DNA from: a virus
DNA length: 64,000 nt
Virus record (IMG/VR): IMGVR_UViG_3300025133_000026
Direction: 5' to 3' (one strand)
A program made the translations under genes and the position numbers. Below, in pieces: positions 10,083-18,826 of this stretch. Numbering within the stretch: position 1 is the stretch's first letter; each line of letters begins with the position of its first letter. The notes below the pieces were generated by a model. The model saw only the letters and a program-made list of their open reading frames with translations. It was not told the DNA's origin and searched no databases.

Positions 10083-12163
10083 CGACCAAGCCCTGGACTA
10101 TTGAAGAAGACAATATCCTTCTGTCTCATTATGAGCCAGACCCAGGGAGTAAACCCCTGGGGATGGATGATGTTCTCGTCTCTTTACCCAGCCGAACTTA
10201 CAAGGCTGTGTATTCTAGATATAAAAGAATCAAAGTGCTTCGAACAAAACTACAAGAGTGTGTTCCTAAAAGTCTCCCTACTATTAAGCTTCCTACAGAA
10301 GAAGAAAGGACAAAAGAAAATTGGGAAAAGTTAAAGAAATTCTTTAACGAAGAGGTCACAAAAAGTGCAAAACTAGAACCAAGAGGCTTGGTTGATGGAG
10401 AGGTTAAAATCCTTTCTATGTCTGATTGGCATATTCCTTTTCATCGAGCTGAATTAGTGGAAGAAATTTTAGAAGAACATGGCGACGCCGATGCTGTTGT
10501 TGTTAATGGAGACTTCCTCGATATGTATGGAGTCTCTAGTTATACCAAACATAAGCACATTCCTCTTATGGATGAGTATAAAATAGGGCTCGAGATGGTC
10601 GCTAGACTTTCAAGTATGTTCCCAAAGGTTTTTCTAACCAGAGGTAATCATGAGAATAGATTGTCTAGAATCATGCGTAGTCAACTACCATTAGAAACCA
10701 AGGGGTTTTTCGCAACCAATGTGACAGCAATGCTCGCGAATGGTATACTCATTGACAAAAATGGATTAGCTGGCGAAAGCCTTGACTTCCCGAATGTTTA
10801 TCACGACCCACACCTACCTTGGGGATGCTTGATTGGGAAAACCCTCTTTGCTCACCCTCATCCTTTTAGAAAAGGGCCAGGGAGAACAGTAGAGTATGTC
10901 CATAAGCAGTTAGAGGGTGGTCACTTAGACTACGACGCAATCGTATTGGGTCATTGCTTTGATGCAGAAACAGAACTCTTGACAAAAGAAGGGTGGCAAT
11001 CTATTGATAGCATTGATGAAAAACATCAAGCCGTTACATTCAATTTAGACACAGAAGAATTAGAATTTAATCATATCAAAGCCATATACAAATATAATGA
11101 CTATGATAAGTTAATTCATTTTACAAACAAAGATGGACTAGAGATTGCCGTTACAGAAGACCATGGTATGGTCGGACGATCGACCAATGCCTGTAATTGG
11201 CAGAAGAAGAAGGCAAAAAACTTTTTTAATAAAAAGTTCTATATCCCTGCAGCAGGAGAGGAAACCTCAACAAAGGATGCTGGTATCTCCGATAATCTCC
11301 TTAGGCTTCTTGCTTGGGTAGTTACTGAAGGACACATTACTTGGACAAATAAAGATCAAACTAATGCCTATATTAGGATTTCTCAATCACAAGACAAAAA
11401 CGAATATGTAACTTATTTAGAAGAGCTTCTTCAAAAAGAAAACTTCTCCTATTCAAAAAGCCAGAGATATGTTGCCAACTCTGTCAAACACAATCAGCAT
11501 CGAAATTACGATGCATATCGTTTTGGACTTGGAGTAAAAGATACTCCACGTCTTATGAAATTCTTAACCAAAGACAAAGTATTTAAACAGTCTCTTCTTG
11601 GTCAGCTTTCTCTTCGGCAAAGGAAGCTTCTGATAGAAGAGCTATGTAAAGGAGATGGTAGTAAGTGTGGCTCAGAATCTTGGAGAGCTTATTACACCAA
11701 AAACCCAGAACTTAAAGATCAATTTCAATATCTAGCAACCCTAGCTGGATATAGAACTAAGGCTTCCATAAGAGACGATGGTGTTTTTGTTATCCATCTT
11801 AGTTACCAAAACGTACGACAAGTAACGAAAACAGAAGTGAAGCCTTATAGCGGAAAAGTGTTCTGTGTCTCCGTCCCTAATGGCACATTAGTTGCAAGAA
11901 GAAATGGAGTGGTCTTTGTTACTCAAAATACCCACCACTGTGCTAAGTATATTTATGAAGGCATGCTTCTTATGGAACAAGGATGTCTTTCGGGACTTCA
12001 TGGATACCAGACTTCTCCTAATTTAGGCTATAAGGCTCAAGTAAATGGGTACGCCGTAGTTTATCAAGATAAAGATGGAAATACAGACTACAACAAGAGT
12101 CGAGTATATTACCGTGGAATACAAAAAGCATACAAAACACATAGTGCTGTAGCAAAGGATTAA
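10079..12163 (+). CDS. Calcineurin-like metallophosphoesterase with N-terminal Myb/HTH-like segment, interrupted by an intein
   Basis: SDWH, NGDFLD, RGNHE, AHPH and a GH|TH motif split by the intein; N-terminal KPWTIEEDNILL. Confidence 0.85.
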   Translation: MTTKPWTIEEDNILLSHYEPDPGSKPLGMDDVLVSLPSRTYKAVYSRYKRIKVLRTKLQECVPKSLPTIKLPTEEERTKENWEKLKKFFNEEVTKSAKLEPRGLVDGEVKILSMSDWHIPFHRAELVEEILEEHGDADAVVVNGDFLDMYGVSSYTKHKHIPLMDEYKIGLEMVARLSSMFPKVFLTRGNHENRLSRIMRSQLPLETKGFFATNVTAMLANGILIDKNGLAGESLDFPNVYHDPHLPWGCLIGKTLFAHPHPFRKGPGRTVEYVHKQLEGGHLDYDAIVLGHCFDAETELLTKEGWQSIDSIDEKHQAVTFNLDTEELEFNHIKAIYKYNDYDKLIHFTNKDGLEIAVTEDHGMVGRSTNACNWQKKKAKNFFNKKFYIPAAGEETSTKDAGISDNLLRLLAWVVTEGHITWTNKDQTNAYIRISQSQDKNEYVTYLEELLQKENFSYSKSQRYVANSVKHNQHRNYDAYRFGLGVKDTPRLMKFLTKDKVFKQSLLGQLSLRQRKLLIEELCKGDGSKCGSESWRAYYTKNPELKDQFQYLATLAGYRTKASIRDDGVFVIHLSYQNVRQVTKTEVKPYSGKVFCVSVPNGTLVARRNGVVFVTQNTHHCAKYIYEGMLLMEQGCLSGLHGYQTSPNLGYKAQVNGYAVVYQDKDGNTDYNKSRVYYRGIQKAYKTHSAVAKD
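10955..11929 (+). mobile_element. Intein (325 aa, Cys293-Asn617) with LAGLIDADG-type homing endonuclease, in the metallophosphoesterase
   Basis: Block A CFDAETELLTKEGW; block B TEDH; LAGLIDADG-like RLLAWVVTEG and LIEELCKGDG; blocks F/G VFCVSVPNGTLV...FVTQN followed by Thr. Confidence 0.9.
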
Positions 12164-12493
12164 ATGACACCACAAGAAAAACTAGAAGAGTTAATGGCCA
12201 AAGCCAATAATGGCGGAGGCCTTTCTTTAGAACAAATTGCACACATGACAAATGGCAATTACCTTGCAATCGAAGAGCTACAAAGTGCCTTTCAAAGTAT
12301 GGCTCGAGATATGCTCATGATCTTAACTAATGCCCAGGGCATGCAGAAGATTCTTATCGACAAAGAATTTACCACAGAAGAAGAACTGAATAATACAATT
12401 ACAAAAGTTCAGCTTGCTCTTGAAGAGGAGTGGAAAACAAAAAGACAAGAAAAAGAGACTACAGTAATAGATGATAGTGACCTGGAACTATAA
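12164..12493 (+). CDS. Hypothetical helical protein
   Basis: 109 aa, coupled to the next gene. Confidence 0.7.
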   Translation: MTPQEKLEELMAKANNGGGLSLEQIAHMTNGNYLAIEELQSAFQSMARDMLMILTNAQGMQKILIDKEFTTEEELNNTITKVQLALEEEWKTKRQEKETTVIDDSDLEL

Positions 12494-13710
12494 TGAAAGC
12501 ATGGGAAGCACTAGACAAAGCAATTACAGAAGTTGATCCACTAAAAGAATGCAGAACTATTAACCTTTACCCAAGTGAGGCAAGTTTGATAGATCCTACG
12601 ACAAACAAAGCCGCTGGCGGGTGTGTTCGTAAGGGTTGGCTTCGTTTTAAAACTGCTATAGATCAAAATAATAAACCAAAAGATATTCATGCAAAGAAAG
12701 CAAGTCTAGATGTTCATGGTGAACCCTTAAACATTGTTGTTTCACATCATACTCCAAGATCAGAATGGATTTTTAAAGCAGGTAATACTTTTGAAAGCAT
12801 GATTATCCAAGTAGCAAGACGTGGAGGTATCCTCCACTCAGGTCACAAACGTTTTAAGATCCCTGTTAAACATGATCTATTCTTGGCTGGTGAAGTTGAC
12901 GCTGTCTTTCGAGATGGCTCCACGTTGGTTGGGATTGAAATTAAATCTACTCATGGCTATATGGCCGAAAAGAAAATTATCCATCCCAAATATGGAGAGC
13001 CAAAGCTAGAGCACTTGCTTCAAACAGCACTTTATGCCTGGTATTATCGAGATCAAATTCCATACTTTCAACTTCTCTATATTTTAAGAGGGAAGCTCCA
13101 AAGAAGAGAGTTTAAAATCTCAATTCATGAATTAGATGATGGCGACTTCGGAATCAAGGTCGACGACATGAGAACACCCTATCGTATATCTCATGTTCTT
13201 GATCGATATACAGAATTGGCTGAATATATTCACGAAAACTATCTCCCTCCAAGAGACTTTGAACTCATCTTTGATGATGATCAAATGAATGAGCTTAACG
13301 ATAACAATGAGTTAGGCAAAACACTTGGATCTGCTTGGGAAAAGTATTGGGATAGAAAGGTCAATGGTGGCCGAAAGGTTCAACGACCAGAAAAGGGACA
13401 CTTCCAATGTTCTTACTGTCAATTCAAAGATGTTTGTTACAAGAAAGATGGGACTCCATACGATATGACAAAATACATGAATCCAAAAGATACAAATATA
13501 ATGTCTCTTGAGTCAATTGCAGCTGACACTGTTTGGGATGTAGTAAAATTCTATCAATTAACATGGCCGTTTAAAGAAACACTCATGGAAAGAATGAACG
13601 TAGATACGGTTGAAGAAGCTGCAGAACTCTTCAATCAGGACCAAAAGAAGTGGATACAAGATTCAGAGCTTGAGCAATTCTCCCTAATAATGCGTAAGTA
13701 TAGAGAATAA
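12493..13710 (+). CDS. Cas4/RecB-like PD-(D/E)XK exonuclease with Fe-S-type cysteine set
   Basis: N-terminal GGCVRK; GEVDAV; IEIKS; HLLQTALY; C-terminal CSYCQFKDVC. Confidence 0.85.
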   Translation: MKAWEALDKAITEVDPLKECRTINLYPSEASLIDPTTNKAAGGCVRKGWLRFKTAIDQNNKPKDIHAKKASLDVHGEPLNIVVSHHTPRSEWIFKAGNTFESMIIQVARRGGILHSGHKRFKIPVKHDLFLAGEVDAVFRDGSTLVGIEIKSTHGYMAEKKIIHPKYGEPKLEHLLQTALYAWYYRDQIPYFQLLYILRGKLQRREFKISIHELDDGDFGIKVDDMRTPYRISHVLDRYTELAEYIHENYLPPRDFELIFDDDQMNELNDNNELGKTLGSAWEKYWDRKVNGGRKVQRPEKGHFQCSYCQFKDVCYKKDGTPYDMTKYMNPKDTNIMSLESIAADTVWDVVKFYQLTWPFKETLMERMNVDTVEEAAELFNQDQKKWIQDSELEQFSLIMRKYRE

Positions 13711-14216
13711 TGTCTAAGCTTCATGGTCTATTCCTCGACAGGGATGGGGTTCTTAATGTGAATACACATTACCCTCACCTTGTCGAGGATCTTTACATTC
13801 CCGATGGTGTTTTTGAGGCCTGTACTTTATTAAAGTATTATCAAAATAAAATTCGACCAATAGTAGTGACCAATCAAAGTGGTGTTGGGCGTGGGCTTTA
13901 TACTAAAGCAGAATGTTTAGAATTTGAAGAGCACCTTGCTAATGAAATCTATATACATTCTGGACTTAATATACCTAAAGAAAACTGGTACCACGCATGG
14001 GACACTGCCTCTCCTGACTATAAACCTTCTCCCAACATGATTCTACAGGGTATGAAAGATCATAACTTAAAACCCAAAAACTGTGTGCTCATTGGAGACA
14101 AACAGACTGATGTTGACGCCGCGATGGCAGCAGAACTTAGTCTTGGCTATCTCATTTACACCAATAATGGTGAACACTTCCTTGAAGCTGTAATGGAAAC
14201 TTTATTAAAATTATGA
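13710..14216 (+). CDS. gmhB: GmhB-like D,D-heptose-1,7-bisphosphate phosphatase (HAD)
   Basis: FLDRDGVLN, VVTNQSGVGRG, KPSPNMI, IGDKQTDVDAA. The Zn-binding CxH/CxC motif is absent. Confidence 0.8.
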   Translation: MSKLHGLFLDRDGVLNVNTHYPHLVEDLYIPDGVFEACTLLKYYQNKIRPIVVTNQSGVGRGLYTKAECLEFEEHLANEIYIHSGLNIPKENWYHAWDTASPDYKPSPNMILQGMKDHNLKPKNCVLIGDKQTDVDAAMAAELSLGYLIYTNNGEHFLEAVMETLLKL

Positions 14217-14473
14217 ACAAAGGACTCCTCTGGTCTCAAATAGCCAGTCATATAGAATCATCTATAGCCCCCGCTCTCGCAACACATCAAGGCTCTTGCG
14301 AATTAAAAGATATTGAATTAACAAAAGACGAAGATCTTGTTGTTTATATTCAATACCAAGGAGCTTGTAATGGCTGTGCTTATTCAGAGACAACTACATT
14401 ATCTATGATTCAAAATCTCCTTAGAGAAGAACTCAATGATCCAAGAATAGTTGTAGAGAAATGGAATGAGTAA
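14213..14473 (+). CDS. NifU/NfuA C-terminal-like Fe-S carrier domain
   Basis: PALATHQGSCEL...YQGACNGC...T..MIQNLLREEL matches the NifU domain CxxC pattern. Confidence 0.85.
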   Translation: MNKGLLWSQIASHIESSIAPALATHQGSCELKDIELTKDEDLVVYIQYQGACNGCAYSETTTLSMIQNLLREELNDPRIVVEKWNE

Positions 14474-14672
14474 GCAAAAGAAAAGCAGCTGGGAGAATAT
14501 AGAGATTCTCGAGCTGGGTGGTTTTATTATTGAATACGACAAGTCTGACAATACACTTACAGTAAATACAAAGTTTGAATGCGAGGTAGATTGCATTCAT
14601 TTGAGTAACTTTATTGAAGAAATAGATGAATGCAAAACCGTCATAATTAAAGGGCCAGAATGGAACGAATAG
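14466..14672 (+). CDS. Hypothetical protein
   Basis: 68 aa acidic ORF in the operon. Confidence 0.6.
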   Translation: MSKQKKSSWENIEILELGGFIIEYDKSDNTLTVNTKFECEVDCIHLSNFIEEIDECKTVIIKGPEWNE

Positions 14673-15034
14673 TTACAAAACACTGGTATATCCAACTTCG
14701 TATAGCAACAGGAACACAGAAAAAGAAATGTCTTTATGCTGGAGAGGGTTGTTGTAATACAGTAACAAAACAAAGAACAGTTCCCACTGGTAGTCATTGG
14801 ACCTGTACAAATGGAAGGTGGAAACGGTCTAACACAAAGAAAGAAAAAAGAACTTACCATTCTACAGTTAAAGGAACCAAGCTTTTATGCTTTAGTATAA
14901 AGCATAAACATCATCTTGTATGCACAGCTTGTTGGCCTAGATTGATTAAAGAATTAGCAATGATGCCAACTCAAGTAACAGAATTTGATTATGAATTAAT
15001 GATGAAAGGACTAACAGATGAGCATAACGAATAA
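14660..15034 (+). CDS. Cys-rich basic protein, putative Zn-binding, paralogue A
   Basis: KCLYAGEGCCNT ... LVCTACWPRLIKEL; similar to the next ORF. Confidence 0.7.
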   Translation: MERIVTKHWYIQLRIATGTQKKKCLYAGEGCCNTVTKQRTVPTGSHWTCTNGRWKRSNTKKEKRTYHSTVKGTKLLCFSIKHKHHLVCTACWPRLIKELAMMPTQVTEFDYELMMKGLTDEHNE

Positions 15035-15419
15035 TAGACTATGTGTTAAAACCTTTACGGTGAATAATAAGCTTCATAAATGTGACTATGTAGAAAAGGG
15101 TTGTGTTAATACAGAGATCATAACCAAGAAAGTACCAATTAGAAAAAGAGTACAGAAACAATACAAAAAAGGATACACTCGTTGGGGTCAAAGCCGGTAT
15201 TGGACGTGGAAAACTACAGGCCACAACAAGGTTAAAAAACATTACACTAGAAAAGGCACTATGCTCTTTCAATTAAAAACAGGTTCTTACGGTGGATATA
15301 ATATTCTTAAAGTATGTCCTGACTGTTGGCCCAGGGCTATCCAAGAGATACAGGACCTGCCTTCAATTGACTTCCAATACACTACGACAATGAAGGAATT
15401 TGCAAGTGGCGAAGAATGA
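15018..15419 (+). CDS. Cys-rich basic protein, putative Zn-binding, paralogue B
   Basis: KCDYVEKGCVNT ... KVCPDCWPRAIQEI. Confidence 0.7.
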   Translation: MSITNNRLCVKTFTVNNKLHKCDYVEKGCVNTEIITKKVPIRKRVQKQYKKGYTRWGQSRYWTWKTTGHNKVKKHYTRKGTMLFQLKTGSYGGYNILKVCPDCWPRAIQEIQDLPSIDFQYTTTMKEFASGEE

Positions 15420-15732
15420 TATATTTCGTGAAGAGGACTGGGAGCTTATAAGAACTGAAAGGGAATGGATCGACCGCTGGAATAAAGTTGGCGGCGAGAA
15501 CAAAAAACGCTCCCGATCTGATGTAGACTGGCCTCAAAGCTATCCTGTTCTTGTTTGGTTTCAAAGAGAATATGATGAATATTTTGATGAGGGTTGGGCG
15601 TGGCCCAATTTCTTTTATCCTCTCAATCATATATGCACTAACTGCCAACATACAGAACCCATCTGGCCAGAAACTGGCGACGATAATATAGATTATGAAT
15701 TATTAATGGAGAAAACAAATGAGATTAAGTAA
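15400..15732 (+). CDS. Hypothetical Trp-rich protein with CxxC
   Basis: 110 aa; HICTNCQH. Confidence 0.65.
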   Translation: MQVAKNDIFREEDWELIRTEREWIDRWNKVGGENKKRSRSDVDWPQSYPVLVWFQREYDEYFDEGWAWPNFFYPLNHICTNCQHTEPIWPETGDDNIDYELLMEKTNEIK

Positions 15733-16012
15733 ATGGAAAATAGGCGATATTGTAATCGCAAGAAAACTTATAACTGAAGATGGTACTTCTCAGGGCGATC
15801 ATAATGCTTCTTTCCCTGCCCCCAATTACATTCATGCATGTAAGAGTGATCGAGGTGCTGTTGTGGGCATTCATGACGAAATACCAACTGTTCGTTTTCA
15901 AAAGACTAAAACTGCTACTATTGTCAGAGATGACGAAATAAAGTATATCGGATTTAACTCTAAAAATAAAGCGTCAGATGCTTTCATGAACCCTTCATAT
16001 AAAACAAAGTAA
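15719..16012 (+). CDS. Hypothetical protein (SH3-like beta pattern)
   Basis: KWKIGDIVIA...GAVVG...PTVRF. Confidence 0.6.
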   Translation: MRLSKWKIGDIVIARKLITEDGTSQGDHNASFPAPNYIHACKSDRGAVVGIHDEIPTVRFQKTKTATIVRDDEIKYIGFNSKNKASDAFMNPSYKTK

Positions 16013-16015
16013 AAT

Positions 16016-16234
16016 ATGAAACGAATAGCAATAGCTGACATTCTCCTAGAGTCTGGAGAGACAGAAGTATCTCTCGACCTTAGAGAACACATGAATTCAT
16101 TTGAAAAAGCAAATCCTGATAAAACTCTTCACCCCTCTACTCTTAAGTTAATCACACACCCTGTTTCTGATGGAAATTTTAGATTAATCTTATCTGTAGG
16201 CTATACACAGTATGGGGAAAAATATGTTAGGTAA
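16016..16234 (+). CDS. Hypothetical protein
   Basis: 72 aa ORF in the operon. Confidence 0.6.
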   Translation: MKRIAIADILLESGETEVSLDLREHMNSFEKANPDKTLHPSTLKLITHPVSDGNFRLILSVGYTQYGEKYVR

Positions 16235-16291
16235 ATTAAATTTAAACACAGATTTAGGACGAACAACTTATCCGCCGTCCCTGTATTATAA

Positions 16292-16561
16292 ATGAAAAAG
16301 AAACAAAAAGTAACCAAAACATATTATGTATTTACTAACAAAAACCAAACAAAGTTTATAGAAGAAATCAAAGACGAATGGAATGACGATGTCTGTCCGT
16401 CCTATTTGCCAACAGAAGACATTCTTAAGGCCTACAGGGCAACCGCAAATGAACTCAAAGAAATAGGATGGCATTCAAATGTTGGTAATATTAAAACAAA
16501 TTGGCCAAGTTACAAACCAATGAAAATTAAATATACTCGTATAATTGAGGTGGAATATTAA
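16292..16561 (+). CDS. Hypothetical protein
   Basis: 89 aa ORF in the operon. Confidence 0.6.
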   Translation: MKKKQKVTKTYYVFTNKNQTKFIEEIKDEWNDDVCPSYLPTEDILKAYRATANELKEIGWHSNVGNIKTNWPSYKPMKIKYTRIIEVEY

Positions 16562-17432
16562 AATTAACATACTAGACGATGGCTTTGTTCGTCTTGTTGA
16601 CAGTATGGGGACAGATTCTTCTATAGTTAGGAGTGCTCGTGTTTCCTATGGTGACGGAACAAAGAGTAAAAGAGAAGACGAAGGGCTAATTAGATACCTC
16701 ATGCGTCATAAACACTTCTCTCCATTCGCCTCCTGTCAAGTTCAGCTTCATTTAAGACTTCCCATTTATGTACATAACCAGCTGGTACGTCATGATCGAG
16801 TCCACTGGAATATGCTAAGTGGAAGATACTCTGTAATGCCAGATGAGAAGTGGATATGTCAGGAATGGAAAGGCCAATCCGACCATAATAAACAAGTCGG
16901 AGACAAGGGTCTGGATGGCACTGTGACAACTGATCACCCCAAAGCTATAGCCCTGGGTCTAGAGCCAGAACAAGGCCTCCAAGAGGGCTTGCAGGACCTA
17001 CAGAAAGCTGCTTATGAAGAGTCTCAAGAACACTACGAAGCTCTTCTAGAATTAGGAGCTAGTAGAGAAAAAGCGCGATCAGTATTACCCATGGGGCAAT
17101 ATACTGAAGGCTATATGACTGCTAACCTTGGGGACCTTATGCTTATCCTCTCACAAAGAATGCATCCCCATGCTCAAGAAGAAACTCAAGAATATGCTAA
17201 GGCTATCTTTACTATTCTTTCAGATTTGTTTCCTGTTTCTATGCAAGCATTCGAAGACTACCAATTAAATTCTATTTCTTTAAGTGGTTATGAGATACAG
17301 TTGATTACAAGGGCCTTTAAAATAAGATATGAGGATGACATAGAGGGGCTTAAGAAAATAATGGACACGATGGGGTTTCCTAAAAACAAAAGAGAGCGGG
17401 GTGAGTTCCTGAAAAAGATGGAGTTAATATGA
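16545..17432 (+). CDS. thyX: ThyX-family flavin-dependent thymidylate synthase-like protein with altered signature motif
   Basis: LDDGFVRLVDSMG, ARVSY, LIRYLMRHKHFSPF, SGRYS, ARSVLP, RMHPHAQ. The RHRx7SxR motif reads RHDRVHWNMLSGR. Confidence 0.85.
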   Translation: MRWNIKINILDDGFVRLVDSMGTDSSIVRSARVSYGDGTKSKREDEGLIRYLMRHKHFSPFASCQVQLHLRLPIYVHNQLVRHDRVHWNMLSGRYSVMPDEKWICQEWKGQSDHNKQVGDKGLDGTVTTDHPKAIALGLEPEQGLQEGLQDLQKAAYEESQEHYEALLELGASREKARSVLPMGQYTEGYMTANLGDLMLILSQRMHPHAQEETQEYAKAIFTILSDLFPVSMQAFEDYQLNSISLSGYEIQLITRAFKIRYEDDIEGLKKIMDTMGFPKNKRERGEFLKKMELI

Positions 17433-17644
17433 CGACAAAACAGAAAAAGATTATTGACGAGGCTGTTTCTAGAGTAGCCTCTATGATTGTAGCTACCAAT
17501 CATTGTGGACACGGATCTCTAGAGGATTTATCTTGTGCAATGTATTCTCTTCAGGATTATTTAGGAAATATAGATTGCAATGAAGAAGGCCTTACTCTTC
17601 CTGGCCAAGAAACACAATCAATTACAGATCTTTGGGAATATTAA
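17429..17644 (+). CDS. Hypothetical protein
   Basis: 71 aa, ATGA-coupled. Confidence 0.6.
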   Translation: MTTKQKKIIDEAVSRVASMIVATNHCGHGSLEDLSCAMYSLQDYLGNIDCNEEGLTLPGQETQSITDLWEY

Positions 17645-17645
17645 A

Positions 17646-17795
17646 ATGAACTGGTTAAGGGATAAGCTAGCAGAAATCCTACATAATTGTATTGCGCATC
17701 CACTCATGCCTTTCCTTCCTCGAAAGTGGGGTAATTTTCTCCATGATTGGACTCTAAAATTCTGGCCACCTTATCATGGAGACCATGATGAGTGA
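17646..17795 (+). CDS. Small hypothetical protein (likely start ATG 17646, MNWLRDKL...)
   Basis: ILHNCIAHPLMPFLP...FLHDWT, a His/Pro pattern familiar from small phage proteins. Confidence 0.6.
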   Translation: MNWLRDKLAEILHNCIAHPLMPFLPRKWGNFLHDWTLKFWPPYHGDHDE

Positions 17796-18015
17796 TCCAG
17801 TCAATCATCCCGACCACTATAAAAAAGGTGGACTAGAATGCATAGATGTAATCGAGGGCCTGGGGCTTGGGTATCATTTAGGAAATGCCCTTAAATATAT
17901 GTGGAGAGCAGGAGATAAAGACCCATCTAAATACGTAGAAGATTTAGAGAAATGTATTTGGTTTATACGGAGGCGCATTGAGTATTACGAAAAAACGCAT
18001 TCTAGTGATAGGTGA
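17776..18015 (+). CDS. DUF3310 (SaV-like) protein
   Basis: DPVNHPDHY..GGLECIDVI...GNALKYMWRAG.K...EDLEKCIWFI. Confidence 0.88.
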   Translation: METMMSDPVNHPDHYKKGGLECIDVIEGLGLGYHLGNALKYMWRAGDKDPSKYVEDLEKCIWFIRRRIEYYEKTHSSDR

Positions 18016-18826
18016 TGGGATACAAGACACCTATCATACAGGAGATATCCTAGGTATTGCTAACGAAGACCCTGCATTAAAATTTAGACCAACAGGAATG
18101 GTAACAAAAAAGGGTGGAGCCGCATACTGTCAAGCACTTCTTCAATCGTTTCTGCCTGACTATGAGATAGAGCTATTCTTAACTAGCCATTCTCACATTC
18201 AACGCTTTGTTGATAACAAATACAAAAGAGTTGTTCTTACTGTAGATACAGAACCAGTAGAAAAGTATCCGTATGAGGTTATTGCAAATCATGCGTTGGA
18301 AAGATTTGTAAAGTCTTGGGACCCTAGTGTTCTTTATATATGGGACGACGACAGAACTCCATCTTTACCCTCTTGGGTTTTTCGACTTTCGGGACTAGAT
18401 GCTCTTCCCGTTCGAGGAATTTATTTAGACTCTTCTAGGAAAAATACTTTGGGTTACCCTGTAGTTAGTTATAGAAAAGCCTCAGAAACTGAGAATATAT
18501 TACCTCAGCAAAATGACCATCTTTTAATTACAACAAGTGCCTCCAAGGTAGAAATCATTAATGCATGGGCTCTAAATCCTTTCGCACGCAAAGGAACCTT
18601 AAGGCCTATCGATTACTTAGTTCCTAAATCAAATAAAATTGTCGACACATGTGGTGCAGGAGACACATTTTTCACTGCCTTCTGTGCAGCCAAAGAACAA
18701 GGAAAAGAGTTAGAAGAAGCTATTCATTATGCTATCAGTGCAGCCTCTTTGAGTATTGAACACAATGGCTGTTTCCTCCCATCCTTACAAGAAATAGAGG
18801 ATAGACAATTAGAATATTATGGTTAA
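17978..18826 (+). CDS. PfkB-family sugar kinase, HldA/RfaE domain I-like (heptose-7-phosphate kinase-like)
   Basis: RILVIGDGIQDTYHTG..I..EDP...KGGAA aligns to RfaE GDVMLDRY..G...I.PE.P...GGAAN; anion hole DTCGAGD. TTG start with GGAGG upstream. Confidence 0.78.
   Translation: MSITKKRILVIGDGIQDTYHTGDILGIANEDPALKFRPTGMVTKKGGAAYCQALLQSFLPDYEIELFLTSHSHIQRFVDNKYKRVVLTVDTEPVEKYPYEVIANHALERFVKSWDPSVLYIWDDDRTPSLPSWVFRLSGLDALPVRGIYLDSSRKNTLGYPVVSYRKASETENILPQQNDHLLITTSASKVEIINAWALNPFARKGTLRPIDYLVPKSNKIVDTCGAGDTFFTAFCAAKEQGKELEEAIHYAISAASLSIEHNGCFLPSLQEIEDRQLEYYG

Noticed and set aside
12493-13710. CRISPR-Cas interpretation of the Cas4-like gene
   Set aside because: No repeat-spacer array and no other cas genes seen; stand-alone Cas4-like exonucleases are common in phages.
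16235-16291. Intergenic gap with a short GGACG/CGTCC inverted repeat and TATTATAA next to the ATG
   Set aside because: The stem is only 5 bp and there is no convincing -35; a promoter or leaderless start cannot be supported.
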